From the NCBI GenBank assembly GCA_027062325.1, contig JAMOTN010000079.1, positions 361-64,360 of the forward strand: DNA of 64,000 nucleotides, written 5' to 3'. The position numbers and the translations under genes are program-made. Below the pieces are notes generated by a model that saw nothing but the letters and a program-made list of their open reading frames with translations, did not search any database and had not been told where the DNA came from. The stretch's first letter is position 1. Every line of letters starts with the position of its first letter. The stretch is from a bacterium (GTDB taxonomy: Bacteria; JAMOTN01). Below are positions 50,506 through 60,144 of the stretch, one piece after another.

Positions 50506-52077
50506 ATGTCGAAATTTAAAACCTTGAAATTACTTATTTTATTTACTTTCATCGCAGTAAATTTTGTCAGCATTAGTGCTAGTCAACCAACAACTGTTTG
50601 GTTAATTCACTTCAACGACTTACATGGCAAAGTCTTTCCTTACAAAACTGCTCGTTTTGGAGGAGTTGAAAAGGAATTTTCGGCATTAACAGGCTTAGCC
50701 CAAGCTCTGCTTAAACTTCGCTTTGAGGCAGCTTTTAAAGGAATAAAAACAGCTTTCATATGTGCAGGTGACATTTGGCAAGGGACTCTTCTTGGTACCT
50801 TGACCGGTGGAAAAGCTATTGCGAAACTTTTAAATCGTATGGATATGGAAGTATCAACACTTGGAAATCACGAATTTGATCTTGGTAAAAATGCAACAGA
50901 AAAGTTCATAAACACATGCAATTTCCCATTCGTTGTAGACAACATAGATGGTTTACCAGTTGATAAGTGGTTAGTAAAAACATACGGTAACGTCAAAGTC
51001 GGTTTTTTAGGGATAGCTCCTCTTGAACTTCCTGAAGTCGTTTGTAAAGAATCCCTAGAAGGGATAAAATTCTATCCAGAAGTTTTCAAAATCCTTAATA
51101 AATACGTCAAGCTTCTTCGTAACAAACTTAAAGTCAATGCTGTAATTTTAATAAGCCACGCTGGAACAAAAGTTGATCGCATTATTGCAAAAAAAGTCCC
51201 TGGAATTGACGTAATAATTGGTGGGCATGATCATACTCCAAGTGGTCCCGAATTTGTTGGAAATACTTTGATAACGGACTGCTCTCCTTACGGCACAATG
51301 TTTGGTATTGTGGAATTAAAATTTGACAATAACGGCAAGTTAATCAAGAAAAGCGGCTGGCACGAATGGCTTTATGCCTCAAAGTATCCTCCTCGCTTTT
51401 CTTTTCTTGAATTTGCGAAAAAGCTGGAGAAAAGTGTAGAACCTTTGAAAAATCGCTATATATGCACTTTAAAAGAACCTCTCTTTAACGATTTAGCTGA
51501 AAACGCACCAGCTCGTTTTGTTCATTATGTAAACATTAACGGTGAAAAAGAACCAATAGAAACAAACTTTGGCAATTTAGTTTGCGACGCTATAAGGGCA
51601 AAGTTTGGGGTAGACATTGCTTTCCAAAACAAAGGTGGTATAAGAATAACTCTTAAGAAAGGTGACGTAACCTATGCCGACATGTTTGAAGCCTTCCCAT
51701 TTGAAAACTTCATAGTAATTCTAAAAATGACAGGTAAAGAGATTAAACAAGTTTTAGAACAAGGTCTTACATTCAAAAAAGGTGCCATAGACTTCTCTGG
51801 ATTGAAAGTATGGGTAGATCTTTCAAAACCAGAATTTCAGCGAGTAGTTAAAGTAACTCTCTTGAATGGAGAAGAACTTAAAGAGGATAAGGTTTATACC
51901 GTCGCATTAAACAACTTCCTGGCAGGCGGTGGTGATTACTTTAAGATTTTCGCTAAGATCAAAAACAGGAAGAGCTTACCAAATAGGTTACGTGAGACCG
52001 TAATTGATTTTATAAAGGGCAAAAAAGATTTAGTTTACGAAATCGATGGCAGGTATATTGTTGTAAACGAAAAATAA
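50506..52077 (+). CDS. Secreted 5'-nucleotidase/UDP-sugar hydrolase family protein
   Basis: HFNDLHG, AGD, GNHEFD, SH.G, GGHDH, N.GGIR, FPFEN. Confidence 0.93.
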   Translation: MSKFKTLKLLILFTFIAVNFVSISASQPTTVWLIHFNDLHGKVFPYKTARFGGVEKEFSALTGLAQALLKLRFEAAFKGIKTAFICAGDIWQGTLLGTLTGGKAIAKLLNRMDMEVSTLGNHEFDLGKNATEKFINTCNFPFVVDNIDGLPVDKWLVKTYGNVKVGFLGIAPLELPEVVCKESLEGIKFYPEVFKILNKYVKLLRNKLKVNAVILISHAGTKVDRIIAKKVPGIDVIIGGHDHTPSGPEFVGNTLITDCSPYGTMFGIVELKFDNNGKLIKKSGWHEWLYASKYPPRFSFLEFAKKLEKSVEPLKNRYICTLKEPLFNDLAENAPARFVHYVNINGEKEPIETNFGNLVCDAIRAKFGVDIAFQNKGGIRITLKKGDVTYADMFEAFPFENFIVILKMTGKEIKQVLEQGLTFKKGAIDFSGLKVWVDLSKPEFQRVVKVTLLNGEELKEDKVYTVALNNFLAGGGDYFKIFAKIKNRKSLPNRLRETVIDFIKGKKDLVYEIDGRYIVVNEK

Positions 52078-52098
52078 AAAGCAGGTATCTCCAAAACT

Positions 52099-52893
52099 AT
52101 GAAAGTAGAAGTTTTACATCGCTTAAAGTGCCTCAACCTCTCACCTTCGCGGAGGTTGGGGCAAAATTTTTTGTATTCTACAAGAGCCTTGAAATTTGTG
52201 AAAACTTGGGCTAAAAAATTAGCAGATAAACACGCCGATTACCGAATTTTTTCTATTGGACCAGGAATTGCTATTTTTGAAGAAGAATTGGCAAAAGCAG
52301 GCTTTAGAGTTTTATCAATAGAAAAAGACGCAAAATTTTTTCCCCTTTATGCCCAAATAAAAAGCTACAATCCAAACTTTCACACAGCAATTGCAGATGC
52401 AAGATTTGTCAAATTTCCTCCATTTCCCATATTTTCAAATCTCCCTTATTACGCCTCAAAATTTTTCATAGATAAAATTTGCCTAAGCAATAACTGGAAA
52501 TTTGGTATATTATGTCTCCAATATGAAGTTGGCCAACGCTTAATAAATCCCTCAGGCAAAAGATTATCACCTCTTTCAGCAATATTTACATTAAAAGCCA
52601 ATGTGGTAGATTTTCTTGTCATACCTAAACATTTTTTCATCCCAAAACCAAAAGTTGACAGCATAATGATCGTTTTTGAAGAAATACCTGATTCCCCAAA
52701 TTCTGAAATTTTAAGAAAGTTTGCTGATTGGCTTGGAATTCTTTTACAAAATCGCCGAAAAAAAATTAAAAACTCCTTACTTTTTAAAAAGGAACATCCA
52801 ATATGGGAGATATATGCAGACTATAGGGCAGAAGAGCTAAGTGTCAGCACTTTGTTTGAAGTTTTCCTTAAAACTACTTCTCTCAACCAATAA
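52099..52893 (+). CDS. rsmA: 16S rRNA dimethyladenosine transferase (divergent)
   Basis: RRLGQNFL, IGPG, IEKD, SNLPY, QYEV..R, F.PKPKVDS. Confidence 0.88.
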   Translation: MKVEVLHRLKCLNLSPSRRLGQNFLYSTRALKFVKTWAKKLADKHADYRIFSIGPGIAIFEEELAKAGFRVLSIEKDAKFFPLYAQIKSYNPNFHTAIADARFVKFPPFPIFSNLPYYASKFFIDKICLSNNWKFGILCLQYEVGQRLINPSGKRLSPLSAIFTLKANVVDFLVIPKHFFIPKPKVDSIMIVFEEIPDSPNSEILRKFADWLGILLQNRRKKIKNSLLFKKEHPIWEIYADYRAEELSVSTLFEVFLKTTSLNQ

Positions 52894-53926
52894 AAATTTC
52901 TCTTACAAAACCTGAAGCCAAAACTTTATCGCCATCGTAAATAACTCCAAGCTGTCCCGGAGAGATCAAGCTTTTCTTGTAAAGCTGCAGTTCAAGCTCT
53001 CTTTCTGAAAGCACAATCACTTTAGCAGGCATAAGCGGTTGACTATGTCGAAACTTCACTAGGTAATTCTCTCCATCAAGAGGCAAATACCACAAAACTT
53101 TTTCCAAAATCACCCGTTGAGCCAAAATTCGTCCAAACGGAGCCACAATGACCTCTTTGGTTTTGTAATCGATACTTTTAACATAAAATCGGTGTTTAGG
53201 TTGCTTATAAAAATGCTTTCCCAATCCTTTTCTCTGTCCCACTGTAAACTGCCAATAACCATCGTGTTCTCCAAGAATTTCTCCCCACTCATTAACAATT
53301 TTCCCTCTTCCCTCTTCCAAACTTTTTACAAATCCATACTCAACCAATTTTCTATTTAAAAACTTTATTAATCCATCTTTCATAAAACAGGCATCTTGAC
53401 TTTTAGGAGGAGCAACTTTTCCCACAAATTTTCCATAAAAACTCTCATACAATGCCACCACATCTTTTGAAGAATATTCAAACAATGGAAACAGCAAATT
53501 TGAAAAATCCCCTACCCACGCTAAAAAATACGACTGATCATTGTGCCCCGAGGCAAACGTTCTAAACAGCAAATCATTCTCCACCTTAGCATAATGCCCA
53601 GTTGCAAATAGCTCACACTCTTTAAGAGCCTCTTTTTTCAATGCTCCAAATTTTACTAACCTGTTACAAACTGCACATGGATTAGGAGTTTTAGCCTTGT
53701 AGTATGCCTCTGCTGTATAGCGCATAACATTATCAAACTCATCTCTTAAATCAATCACACGCAATACAAAATTGTTATCCTTCGCAAATTCAATAACCTT
53801 AGAACTCACGTTTTCACTCAGAAGAAGAGCATGGTATAAAACTACATCAAAACCCATCCTTCTCAACAATATAGCCGTAACACTACTATCTTTACCACCA
53901 CTAAAAGCTACAGCTATTCTCATCAT
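52883..53926 (-). CDS. mnmA: tRNA 2-thiouridylase
   Basis: SGGKDS, PNPCAVCN, ATGHY, DQSYFL, SQDACF, TVGQRKG, PGQ. Confidence 0.95.
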   Translation of the reverse strand: MMRIAVAFSGGKDSSVTAILLRRMGFDVVLYHALLLSENVSSKVIEFAKDNNFVLRVIDLRDEFDNVMRYTAEAYYKAKTPNPCAVCNRLVKFGALKKEALKECELFATGHYAKVENDLLFRTFASGHNDQSYFLAWVGDFSNLLFPLFEYSSKDVVALYESFYGKFVGKVAPPKSQDACFMKDGLIKFLNRKLVEYGFVKSLEEGRGKIVNEWGEILGEHDGYWQFTVGQRKGLGKHFYKQPKHRFYVKSIDYKTKEVIVAPFGRILAQRVILEKVLWYLPLDGENYLVKFRHSQPLMPAKVIVLSERELELQLYKKSLISPGQLGVIYDGDKVLASGFVREIFIG

Positions 53927-54576
53927 TACCTCCCCAGTTTAGTAACAGAACTAGTACACCATTTACTTATAGGACACTTAGAACAATTAGTCGCACGAGG
54001 TGTACAAATCAACTGTCCCAATGCTACAAGCATTGGATTGATTGCAGGATTATTATCCCAAAACTCCTCAATTTCTTCCACTTTCATTTCTCTACCTGCA
54101 AATCTTTCTGTTATTCGTTTTACATGGGTATCAACAGATAAAACTCCCTCTCCTAAAAATGCCAAGACAATTCTTGCAACTTTTCTCCCAACCCCACTCA
54201 AAGAAACAAGGTAATCATAATCAGGTTTAATTGAGAAAACATCCTCATTAGAAAATGTTCTAACTAACTTTTTTAAATTTTTAGCTTTTACACGGTAGAA
54301 TCCCACAGGCTTTAAAATTTGGGTTATTTCCTCTAAAGGCATATCATCAAGATTAAAGAAGGTGTAATCCAAATGTTCAAACAATCGCTTTAAGGCATCT
54401 GAAGTAACATCATCCTTGGTTCTAGTGGAAATCAAAGCAGCAATTAAAACTACAACCCATTCTGGTACATCTTTAACTTTCTTAGCTATCACCTCAACCG
54501 TTTTCCTTAATCTGGCTACAGGAGAATTAACGCTATCATACCATTTTTCTAAACTACTAATTACCTCTTTTTTCAT
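53926..54576 (-). CDS. nth: Endonuclease III (HhH-GPD glycosylase with 4Fe-4S motif)
   Basis: GVGRKVA, VDTHV, C-x6-C-x2-C-x5-C; ATG overlaps the upstream stop (ATGA). Confidence 0.88.
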   Translation of the reverse strand: MKKEVISSLEKWYDSVNSPVARLRKTVEVIAKKVKDVPEWVVVLIAALISTRTKDDVTSDALKRLFEHLDYTFFNLDDMPLEEITQILKPVGFYRVKAKNLKKLVRTFSNEDVFSIKPDYDYLVSLSGVGRKVARIVLAFLGEGVLSVDTHVKRITERFAGREMKVEEIEEFWDNNPAINPMLVALGQLICTPRATNCSKCPISKWCTSSVTKLGR

Positions 54577-55784
54577 TTTCTCTCTATTGAACACCCCATG
54601 CTTATAGGAACAACATCAGTTCCAACATCAAAGTTAACATCAGTTTCACAAACTTCTGTTTTCACCTCTCCACTAGGAACAACAAAAGTTATAAGCTTAG
54701 TTTTTCCATTAACCTTTACAACATCAAAACTTCCAAGTCTTCCTTCATAAGTCTTCATAATCTGAGCGCTGGAGTTAGAAACTCTGTAAATCAAGCTTTT
54801 TTGAGACTTAGGAGAATAAATTCCCACCAAAAATTCCTCTTTTCCTCCTTTTCTTATTCTATTTACTCCAACAGGCATTCCACTTTGTGAAAATCCCAAC
54901 ATTTTTCTCCCAGTTGTATCATAAACCGCAACATTGGTAATATAACTCACTCCCTTATTCACCTTTACAGCCTTAACACCGACAACTCCTATCTCTTTTT
55001 TTCCATCACCATCACTATCGTACAAAACAATCTGCTGAACAGGAACCTCATCATCCAACTTCAAGCTCTTTACCACACTATCATCCTTTTTTATCACCAT
55101 GTTATCAGAATCAACTATTAACATCTCTTTATAACCATCACCATCTACATCCTCAAATGCATAATCCCATATCTTGCTCCCCTTGTAAATCTGCTTAACA
55201 GCACCATTTGAAAGATCTTTAGCAACCAAATAAGTCTCCCCCGTTAAGGATAGTGAAATCCCCACTAAAGCCCCTTCTTCTCCCATCTCAGGTACATACT
55301 TCAACTTTAAAGCAGGAAATTGATCCATTACTCTTCCCGTACTAACCGCTACCAACTTATCCCCTATAACAGCAACACTCTCAGTTGCAGAAATTCTAGC
55401 TACATCTATTTTCTTACTCAAATCAGCGCCACCTTTAATCTGAACCTGATACTCAATTTTACCAGTTTTCAAATTTACTTTTGTTAAATTTCCTGCAATA
55501 TCCTTTACAAGAAGATATTGAGAACCCCCGCTATCTACTACAGCAGGAGCACTAACAATAGGAGCCCCAACCTGTAACGGAAAAACTTTATTAACTATCT
55601 CACCATCTTTACTAACTACGTGAACCATTCCATCTGTCCCTGTAAATACAATACTTCCATCATTAAGCACAATGGCTCCACCATAAACATCTCCGGGAAC
55701 CTTAACAGTTTCTGCTAAAGCAAACATATTAAAGACTAACAAAATAGCAAGCAGCTTTACAGGTAATCTAATGCTAGAAATCAT
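54573..55784 (-). CDS. Secreted beta-propeller protein with FG-GAP/PQQ-like repeats
   Basis: Signal peptide; DVDGDGYKE and DSDGDGKKE Ca-binding motifs. Confidence 0.75.
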   Translation of the reverse strand: MISSIRLPVKLLAILLVFNMFALAETVKVPGDVYGGAIVLNDGSIVFTGTDGMVHVVSKDGEIVNKVFPLQVGAPIVSAPAVVDSGGSQYLLVKDIAGNLTKVNLKTGKIEYQVQIKGGADLSKKIDVARISATESVAVIGDKLVAVSTGRVMDQFPALKLKYVPEMGEEGALVGISLSLTGETYLVAKDLSNGAVKQIYKGSKIWDYAFEDVDGDGYKEMLIVDSDNMVIKKDDSVVKSLKLDDEVPVQQIVLYDSDGDGKKEIGVVGVKAVKVNKGVSYITNVAVYDTTGRKMLGFSQSGMPVGVNRIRKGGKEEFLVGIYSPKSQKSLIYRVSNSSAQIMKTYEGRLGSFDVVKVNGKTKLITFVVPSGEVKTEVCETDVNFDVGTDVVPISMGCSIERK

Positions 55785-55869
55785 ATCAATACCCCCACAC
55801 CAAACTAAACTTAATTATACTTCTTCTATTTATTTAATAAGAGGCATCACCAAAACACTTTATTCTTAC

Positions 55870-56352
55870 TTAAAGCCATACTCTTGATGTAACTAAGTAA
55901 TGAGCATTGTAGTACCGCCCTTTTATCAAAAATTTGGCATATATCAGCATCCATTCTCTAATTTTCCCCTTATATTCAGCTTTTCCAGTTTTTATAATAA
56001 AATATCTAGTACTATCCTTTAGCACACTCTTAACGTAATCAACACTTTCTATTTCTATATTGTAATCCTTTAACTCACTCTCCATCTTACCTTTCAAAGC
56101 TCCTAAATTTTCTGGATATAAACCAACGTATCCAAAAAACACCCCCCTTGCTAACTCCGTGCGAAAAAGCACATCTAAATAATCCCACGCATAAGGAAAT
56201 ATGTTCATCTTGCTACGCTGATTCAATAATAAGGTTAATCCTAAACTTATACTAACCACAAGCAAAAACAAAATTAATACCTCTACATAACCCTTTTTAA
56301 AATCTTTAACTAAACCTCTTATTCTCATTGGAGTCACCCACAAATACAACAT
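55870..56352 (-). CDS. Hypothetical protein with prepilin-like N-terminus
   Basis: Basic leader FKKG followed by a ~20-aa hydrophobic helix. Confidence 0.5.
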   Translation of the reverse strand: MLYLWVTPMRIRGLVKDFKKGYVEVLILFLLVVSISLGLTLLLNQRSKMNIFPYAWDYLDVLFRTELARGVFFGYVGLYPENLGALKGKMESELKDYNIEIESVDYVKSVLKDSTRYFIIKTGKAEYKGKIREWMLIYAKFLIKGRYYNAHYLVTSRVWL

Positions 56353-56402
56353 GTCATATTTATTTTAACAGGTTAAAAAGAACTAAAAAAGCTCAAGGCA
56401 AC

Positions 56403-56789
56403 TCAGTAAAAACCATGTCCATCTCTATTTACGAAATCTAAATCTTTTTCATTCTCTAAACCATCAACTTCTACCTTATATTTAACCATCCTCGCCATCT
56501 CTTCCAAAAGAAAACTTATTCTCGCCTCAACTTTTTTTATCTCATCGTACTTTTTCTCAACTTCCTGAGCTCTTTCATCTATTTTCCATAATAACTCTTG
56601 CAAGTCATCTCTTTGCTTTTTTAACGAATTATGAACACCTTCTAACATTAAATGACATCTATCCTCAAGTTCCAATAAATACCTAAATTTCTCATCATCC
56701 TTAAATTTAGTAATTAACCAGACACTCACTCCAACTCCTGTCATCGACAATATGTAACCACTTAATTTAAAAAGAACAGCCAAGTCCAT
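56403..56789 (-). CDS. Membrane-anchored coiled-coil hypothetical protein
   Basis: GGGGAGAGGG SD; one TM then a heptad-rich region. Confidence 0.6.
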   Translation of the reverse strand: MDLAVLFKLSGYILSMTGVGVSVWLITKFKDDEKFRYLLELEDRCHLMLEGVHNSLKKQRDDLQELLWKIDERAQEVEKKYDEIKKVEARISFLLEEMARMVKYKVEVDGLENEKDLDFVNRDGHGFY

Positions 56790-57009
56790 AATTCCCTCTC
56801 CCCCGCAACCATTCTCAATTCAACACCAGTATCTACCACAAACTTTCTAGCTACCAAGCCCGTATATTCGCACTTTTGAATTTTATATTGTCATCTGACA
56901 ATCTATATATTAACACCTTTTTTTTATCCCATCAATAAAACAATTTCAACAAATAAAATTTTGACCAAAGTGATTAAAAATTATCCCTATAAAAAGCCAG
57001 CACAAACTA

Positions 57010-57038
57010 TTGACTTGGCAACAGGTTGTTTTTAAAAT
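57010..57038 (+). promoter_or_regulatory. Sigma70-type promoter of the tRNA operon
   Basis: TTGACT-17 nt-TAAAAT, ending 16 nt upstream of tRNA-Val. Confidence 0.8.
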
Positions 57039-57054
57039 GGATAGTGTAGCTCAG

Positions 57055-57127
57055 GGGCGGGTAGCTCAGGTGGGAGAGCGTTGGCCTTACAAGCCAAAGG
57101 TCACAGGTTCGAACCCTGTCCCGCCCA
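57055..57127 (+). tRNA. tRNA-Val(TAC)
   Basis: GGGCGGG/CCCGCCC acceptor stem; TTGGC-CTTACAA-GCCAA. Confidence 0.97.
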
Positions 57128-57149
57128 TTCAGAAAAAAGCAAGCAAAGC

Positions 57150-57223
57150 GGGGCCGTGGCGCAACCGGTTAGCGTATCGGCCTGTCAAGCCGGGGGTTGC
57201 GGGTTCGAGTCCCGTCGGCCCCG
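57150..57223 (+). tRNA. tRNA-Asp(GTC)
   Basis: GGGGCCG/CGGCCCC-G; TCGGC-CTGTCAA-GCCGG. Confidence 0.97.
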
Positions 57224-57267
57224 CTTTTTTTATAATCAAGAGCAACTAAATTTGAAAATAACCGGGT

Positions 57268-57340
<73 letters not shown>

Positions 57341-57363
57341 CCTTTAATTTTATGCTGGAGTGG

Positions 57364-57435
57364 GGCGGCGTAGCCAAGTGGTAAGGCAGGGGACTGCAAA
57401 TCCCTTATACCCCGGTTCGAATCCGGGCGCCGCCT
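57364..57435 (+). tRNA. tRNA-Cys(GCA)
   Basis: GGCGGCG/CGCCGCC-T (U73); GGGGA-CTGCAAA-TCCCT. Confidence 0.97.
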
Positions 57436-57460
57436 TTTTCTTTTATCTTTTATACAGTTG

Positions 57461-57545
57461 GCCCGGGTGGCGGAATTGGAAGACGCGCTGGACTCAGGAT
57501 CCAGTGGGCGATAAGCCCGTGCGGGTTCAAATCCCGCCCCGGGCA
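57461..57545 (+). tRNA. tRNA-Leu(CAG)
   Basis: GCCCGGG/CCCGGGC-A; CTGGA-CTCAGGA-TCCAG; long variable arm. Confidence 0.97.
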
Positions 57546-57579
57546 TTTTTATCATGAAGGGCAAGTTGGGATTATAAAT

Positions 57580-58950
57580 ATGCTGGGGAAAACTGTCACT
57601 TTTCTTACTCATTGTTCTGCAAGATATGGCTCTGGGCATCTAATAAGAAGTTTAAGATTTTCAAGTTGGTTAGAAAAACTTGGCTTCAAAATTGAGTTTA
57701 TACTTCTGGATTCGGAAATAAATTCTGAAAAGTTAAATGTTTTCGTTAATCACTATCTATCTACAAAATTAAAACTTGCCTTTAAAAATTCAAGAGATCT
57801 CTCTCTTTCAAACCATACTTACCTTGTTATAGATATACCATTTAACAATAACCACCTTTTAAAGGAAATTTTAAAAGCTTTATTTGACACATCGGGAGAA
57901 CTTCGACATCTTGTATGGCTTGATCCTCCAAAATCAAAAGAGTTTTTAACACAACTTTATCTACTCTCTATACCTAAAATTATCCTAATTTCCTCTCTTC
58001 TCGAAGCACTGCCTGCTGTTAAAAGATATAATCTACCCGATAAACAAATTCTTCACTTTAAAGGATGGCGTTACATAATTCCAGCTCCTGAAATATTTAA
58101 ACTGAAACCTGTAAATCCTAGGAAAGAAAAAATTCTTACTACATTCGGTTTAATCCCTGATAATAAAATGCCTTTACAAAATCTAAAAATTATCTCAAAC
58201 TCCCCTAACATAATTAGCGAAATTGCAAACTCCTCAATCGTAATCACATCCTTTGGCCTTACAATGTTTGAAGCATTAAAACTTGGTAAGAGAGTTTGCA
58301 TAGTTCCAAAAACAGAAGAACAGATAAAATGGTATTCCCACTTGTTTAAATTATTAGGAATAACAGATAAAATTCCTAAAGAGATAAAGTTTCTTTCTCA
58401 AAATTTCACCAATGTTTTCTTTTCTGATAAAAGGATTGAAACAGCTTTTGAGGGAATATGGGAATTACTTTATTTATTTCTCCCTGTCAAAGATAAAGAC
58501 TTAACCCTTGAACTTACAACAGAAGACGATATGGAACTTTTACTTTACTGGAGGCAAAACCCTAAAATATACAAATTCTTTAAACGCCAAAAGAAACCTT
58601 TGTCCTGGGAAGAACACGAAAAGTGGTGGCATTTAAGAAAGGATCGAATCGATTGGATAATAAACTATAAAGGCAGAAGAGTAGGCACACTGAACGTCTC
58701 AAACTTTAAAAAAACACCTGAGATTGGAATTTTCATTGGAGATATCTCTATTCGCTCAAAAGGCCTGGGTACAAGGAGTATAAAACTTGCACTACATTTC
58801 TTGAGAAATGCTGCCTATAAAACCGTGCGGGCTGTAATTCACAAGGAAAACATACCATCCCAACGTGCATTTGAAAAAGCAGGATTCGAAAAAGAAGGAA
58901 ACTTACCCGAAAATCCCAAGTTTAATCTGTTTATTGCAACCTTAGACTGA
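57580..58950 (+). CDS. PseG/SpsG-like UDP-sugar hydrolase fused to a PseH-like GNAT N-acetyltransferase
   Basis: GSGHLIRS, ITSFGLTMFE in the N-part; WRQNP..EEHEKW, GLG, N.PS.RAFEKAGF in the C-part. Confidence 0.75.
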   Translation: MLGKTVTFLTHCSARYGSGHLIRSLRFSSWLEKLGFKIEFILLDSEINSEKLNVFVNHYLSTKLKLAFKNSRDLSLSNHTYLVIDIPFNNNHLLKEILKALFDTSGELRHLVWLDPPKSKEFLTQLYLLSIPKIILISSLLEALPAVKRYNLPDKQILHFKGWRYIIPAPEIFKLKPVNPRKEKILTTFGLIPDNKMPLQNLKIISNSPNIISEIANSSIVITSFGLTMFEALKLGKRVCIVPKTEEQIKWYSHLFKLLGITDKIPKEIKFLSQNFTNVFFSDKRIETAFEGIWELLYLFLPVKDKDLTLELTTEDDMELLLYWRQNPKIYKFFKRQKKPLSWEEHEKWWHLRKDRIDWIINYKGRRVGTLNVSNFKKTPEIGIFIGDISIRSKGLGTRSIKLALHFLRNAAYKTVRAVIHKENIPSQRAFEKAGFEKEGNLPENPKFNLFIATLD

Positions 58951-60138
58951 TCCAGATCTTTCCACTTCTCTTTTTCTAAAACTGTAATCAGCAGGGAAAC
59001 TGAAAACTTCAAGTTTTAAAGCTTGGGCCAGTTCAAATGCATCCTCTAAAATTGAGGCTTGTATCTGTTCATATTCAATCCATTCAGTTGTCTTTAGAAA
59101 ACAGTATATCTCAACTTCAACTCCGGTCGGAGTGCAATTTATATAACGAACCATGTGGGTGTAGCGGGGGCTAACTTTTGGATGAGTTGATATGTATAAG
59201 TTAAGAAATTTTCTGTATAGCGTAAGGTTGTTTGTCTCTTTTTCCACTTCCAGTAGTTTTTTAGCCTCTTTTATAAAATTTTCATTGTAAAATATCTTTT
59301 CCAATGCCTTTTCTACTTCATATCTATCTATACTTTTTATACTCGTAGTTGTCACATACAAGCTTTTCTTCATACGTCTTGCCCTTGCACTCTTCATCCC
59401 TCTCCAATTTTTAAAGGAATCCTCTAACAATTTATAAGTTGGAATAACAATATAAGTTTTATCCCAATTTCGCACTACAAGTGAATGAACTGTTAAATCA
59501 GTTACCTCTCCATCTGCACCGTACTTAGGCATTTCTATCCAATCCCCAATTCTTATGAGATCCTGTGCAATAACCTGAAAACTTGCAAAAAATGAAAGCA
59601 AGGTCGTCCTAAACACCAACATCAAAACCGCACTCAGAGCACCAATTCCAGAAAGTACAGTTAAAACAGAAACATTAAACACCACTCCAAAGCTAACAAG
59701 TAGAAACGATCCCCAAATTATTACCTTTGCAAGCTGAACATATCCCCGCATTGGCCACCTCTTAGCTATTGGACGAGAATTATATATCTCAAGTAAAGCA
59801 TCCAAAAGTCTACCAAGTGCAAGGGCTATTGAAAAACCTATGGCTATTTTGGAAGCCTTAATCATCAACACGTAAAATATCTTTTCAAACTTATTTAAAC
59901 CAACATCAGAATACTTAGAAGAAAATACAAAATACATTACTAATGCAGGTAAGAAGTAATTCAAACTATCGAACACCTTATTTTTGACTATTACATCATC
60001 AAATTTTATCTTAGTTTTTCTAGCAAAACGTCTTACCCATACTAAAACAACATATCGAGTAAATAAAAACACCAAGTAAGCTCCCACTATGGATAAAACT
60101 AAAATTCCCGCTACAGTCATTACTTCTTTCATAAGCAC
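58942..60138 (-). CDS. MscS-family mechanosensitive channel (YbdG/MscM-like)
   Basis: IRIGDWIEMPKYGADG, VRNWDKT, SFKNWRGM. Confidence 0.93.
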   Translation of the reverse strand: MLMKEVMTVAGILVLSIVGAYLVFLFTRYVVLVWVRRFARKTKIKFDDVIVKNKVFDSLNYFLPALVMYFVFSSKYSDVGLNKFEKIFYVLMIKASKIAIGFSIALALGRLLDALLEIYNSRPIAKRWPMRGYVQLAKVIIWGSFLLVSFGVVFNVSVLTVLSGIGALSAVLMLVFRTTLLSFFASFQVIAQDLIRIGDWIEMPKYGADGEVTDLTVHSLVVRNWDKTYIVIPTYKLLEDSFKNWRGMKSARARRMKKSLYVTTTSIKSIDRYEVEKALEKIFYNENFIKEAKKLLEVEKETNNLTLYRKFLNLYISTHPKVSPRYTHMVRYINCTPTGVEVEIYCFLKTTEWIEYEQIQASILEDAFELAQALKLEVFSFPADYSFRKREVERSGSV

Positions 60139-60144
60139 CCTCCT

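Noticed and set aside
57046..57070. GTAGCTCAGG duplicated in the tRNA-Val leader, as a possible att site or tRNA remnant
   Set aside because: Only 10 bp, from the 5' part of the tRNA, and no integrase nearby
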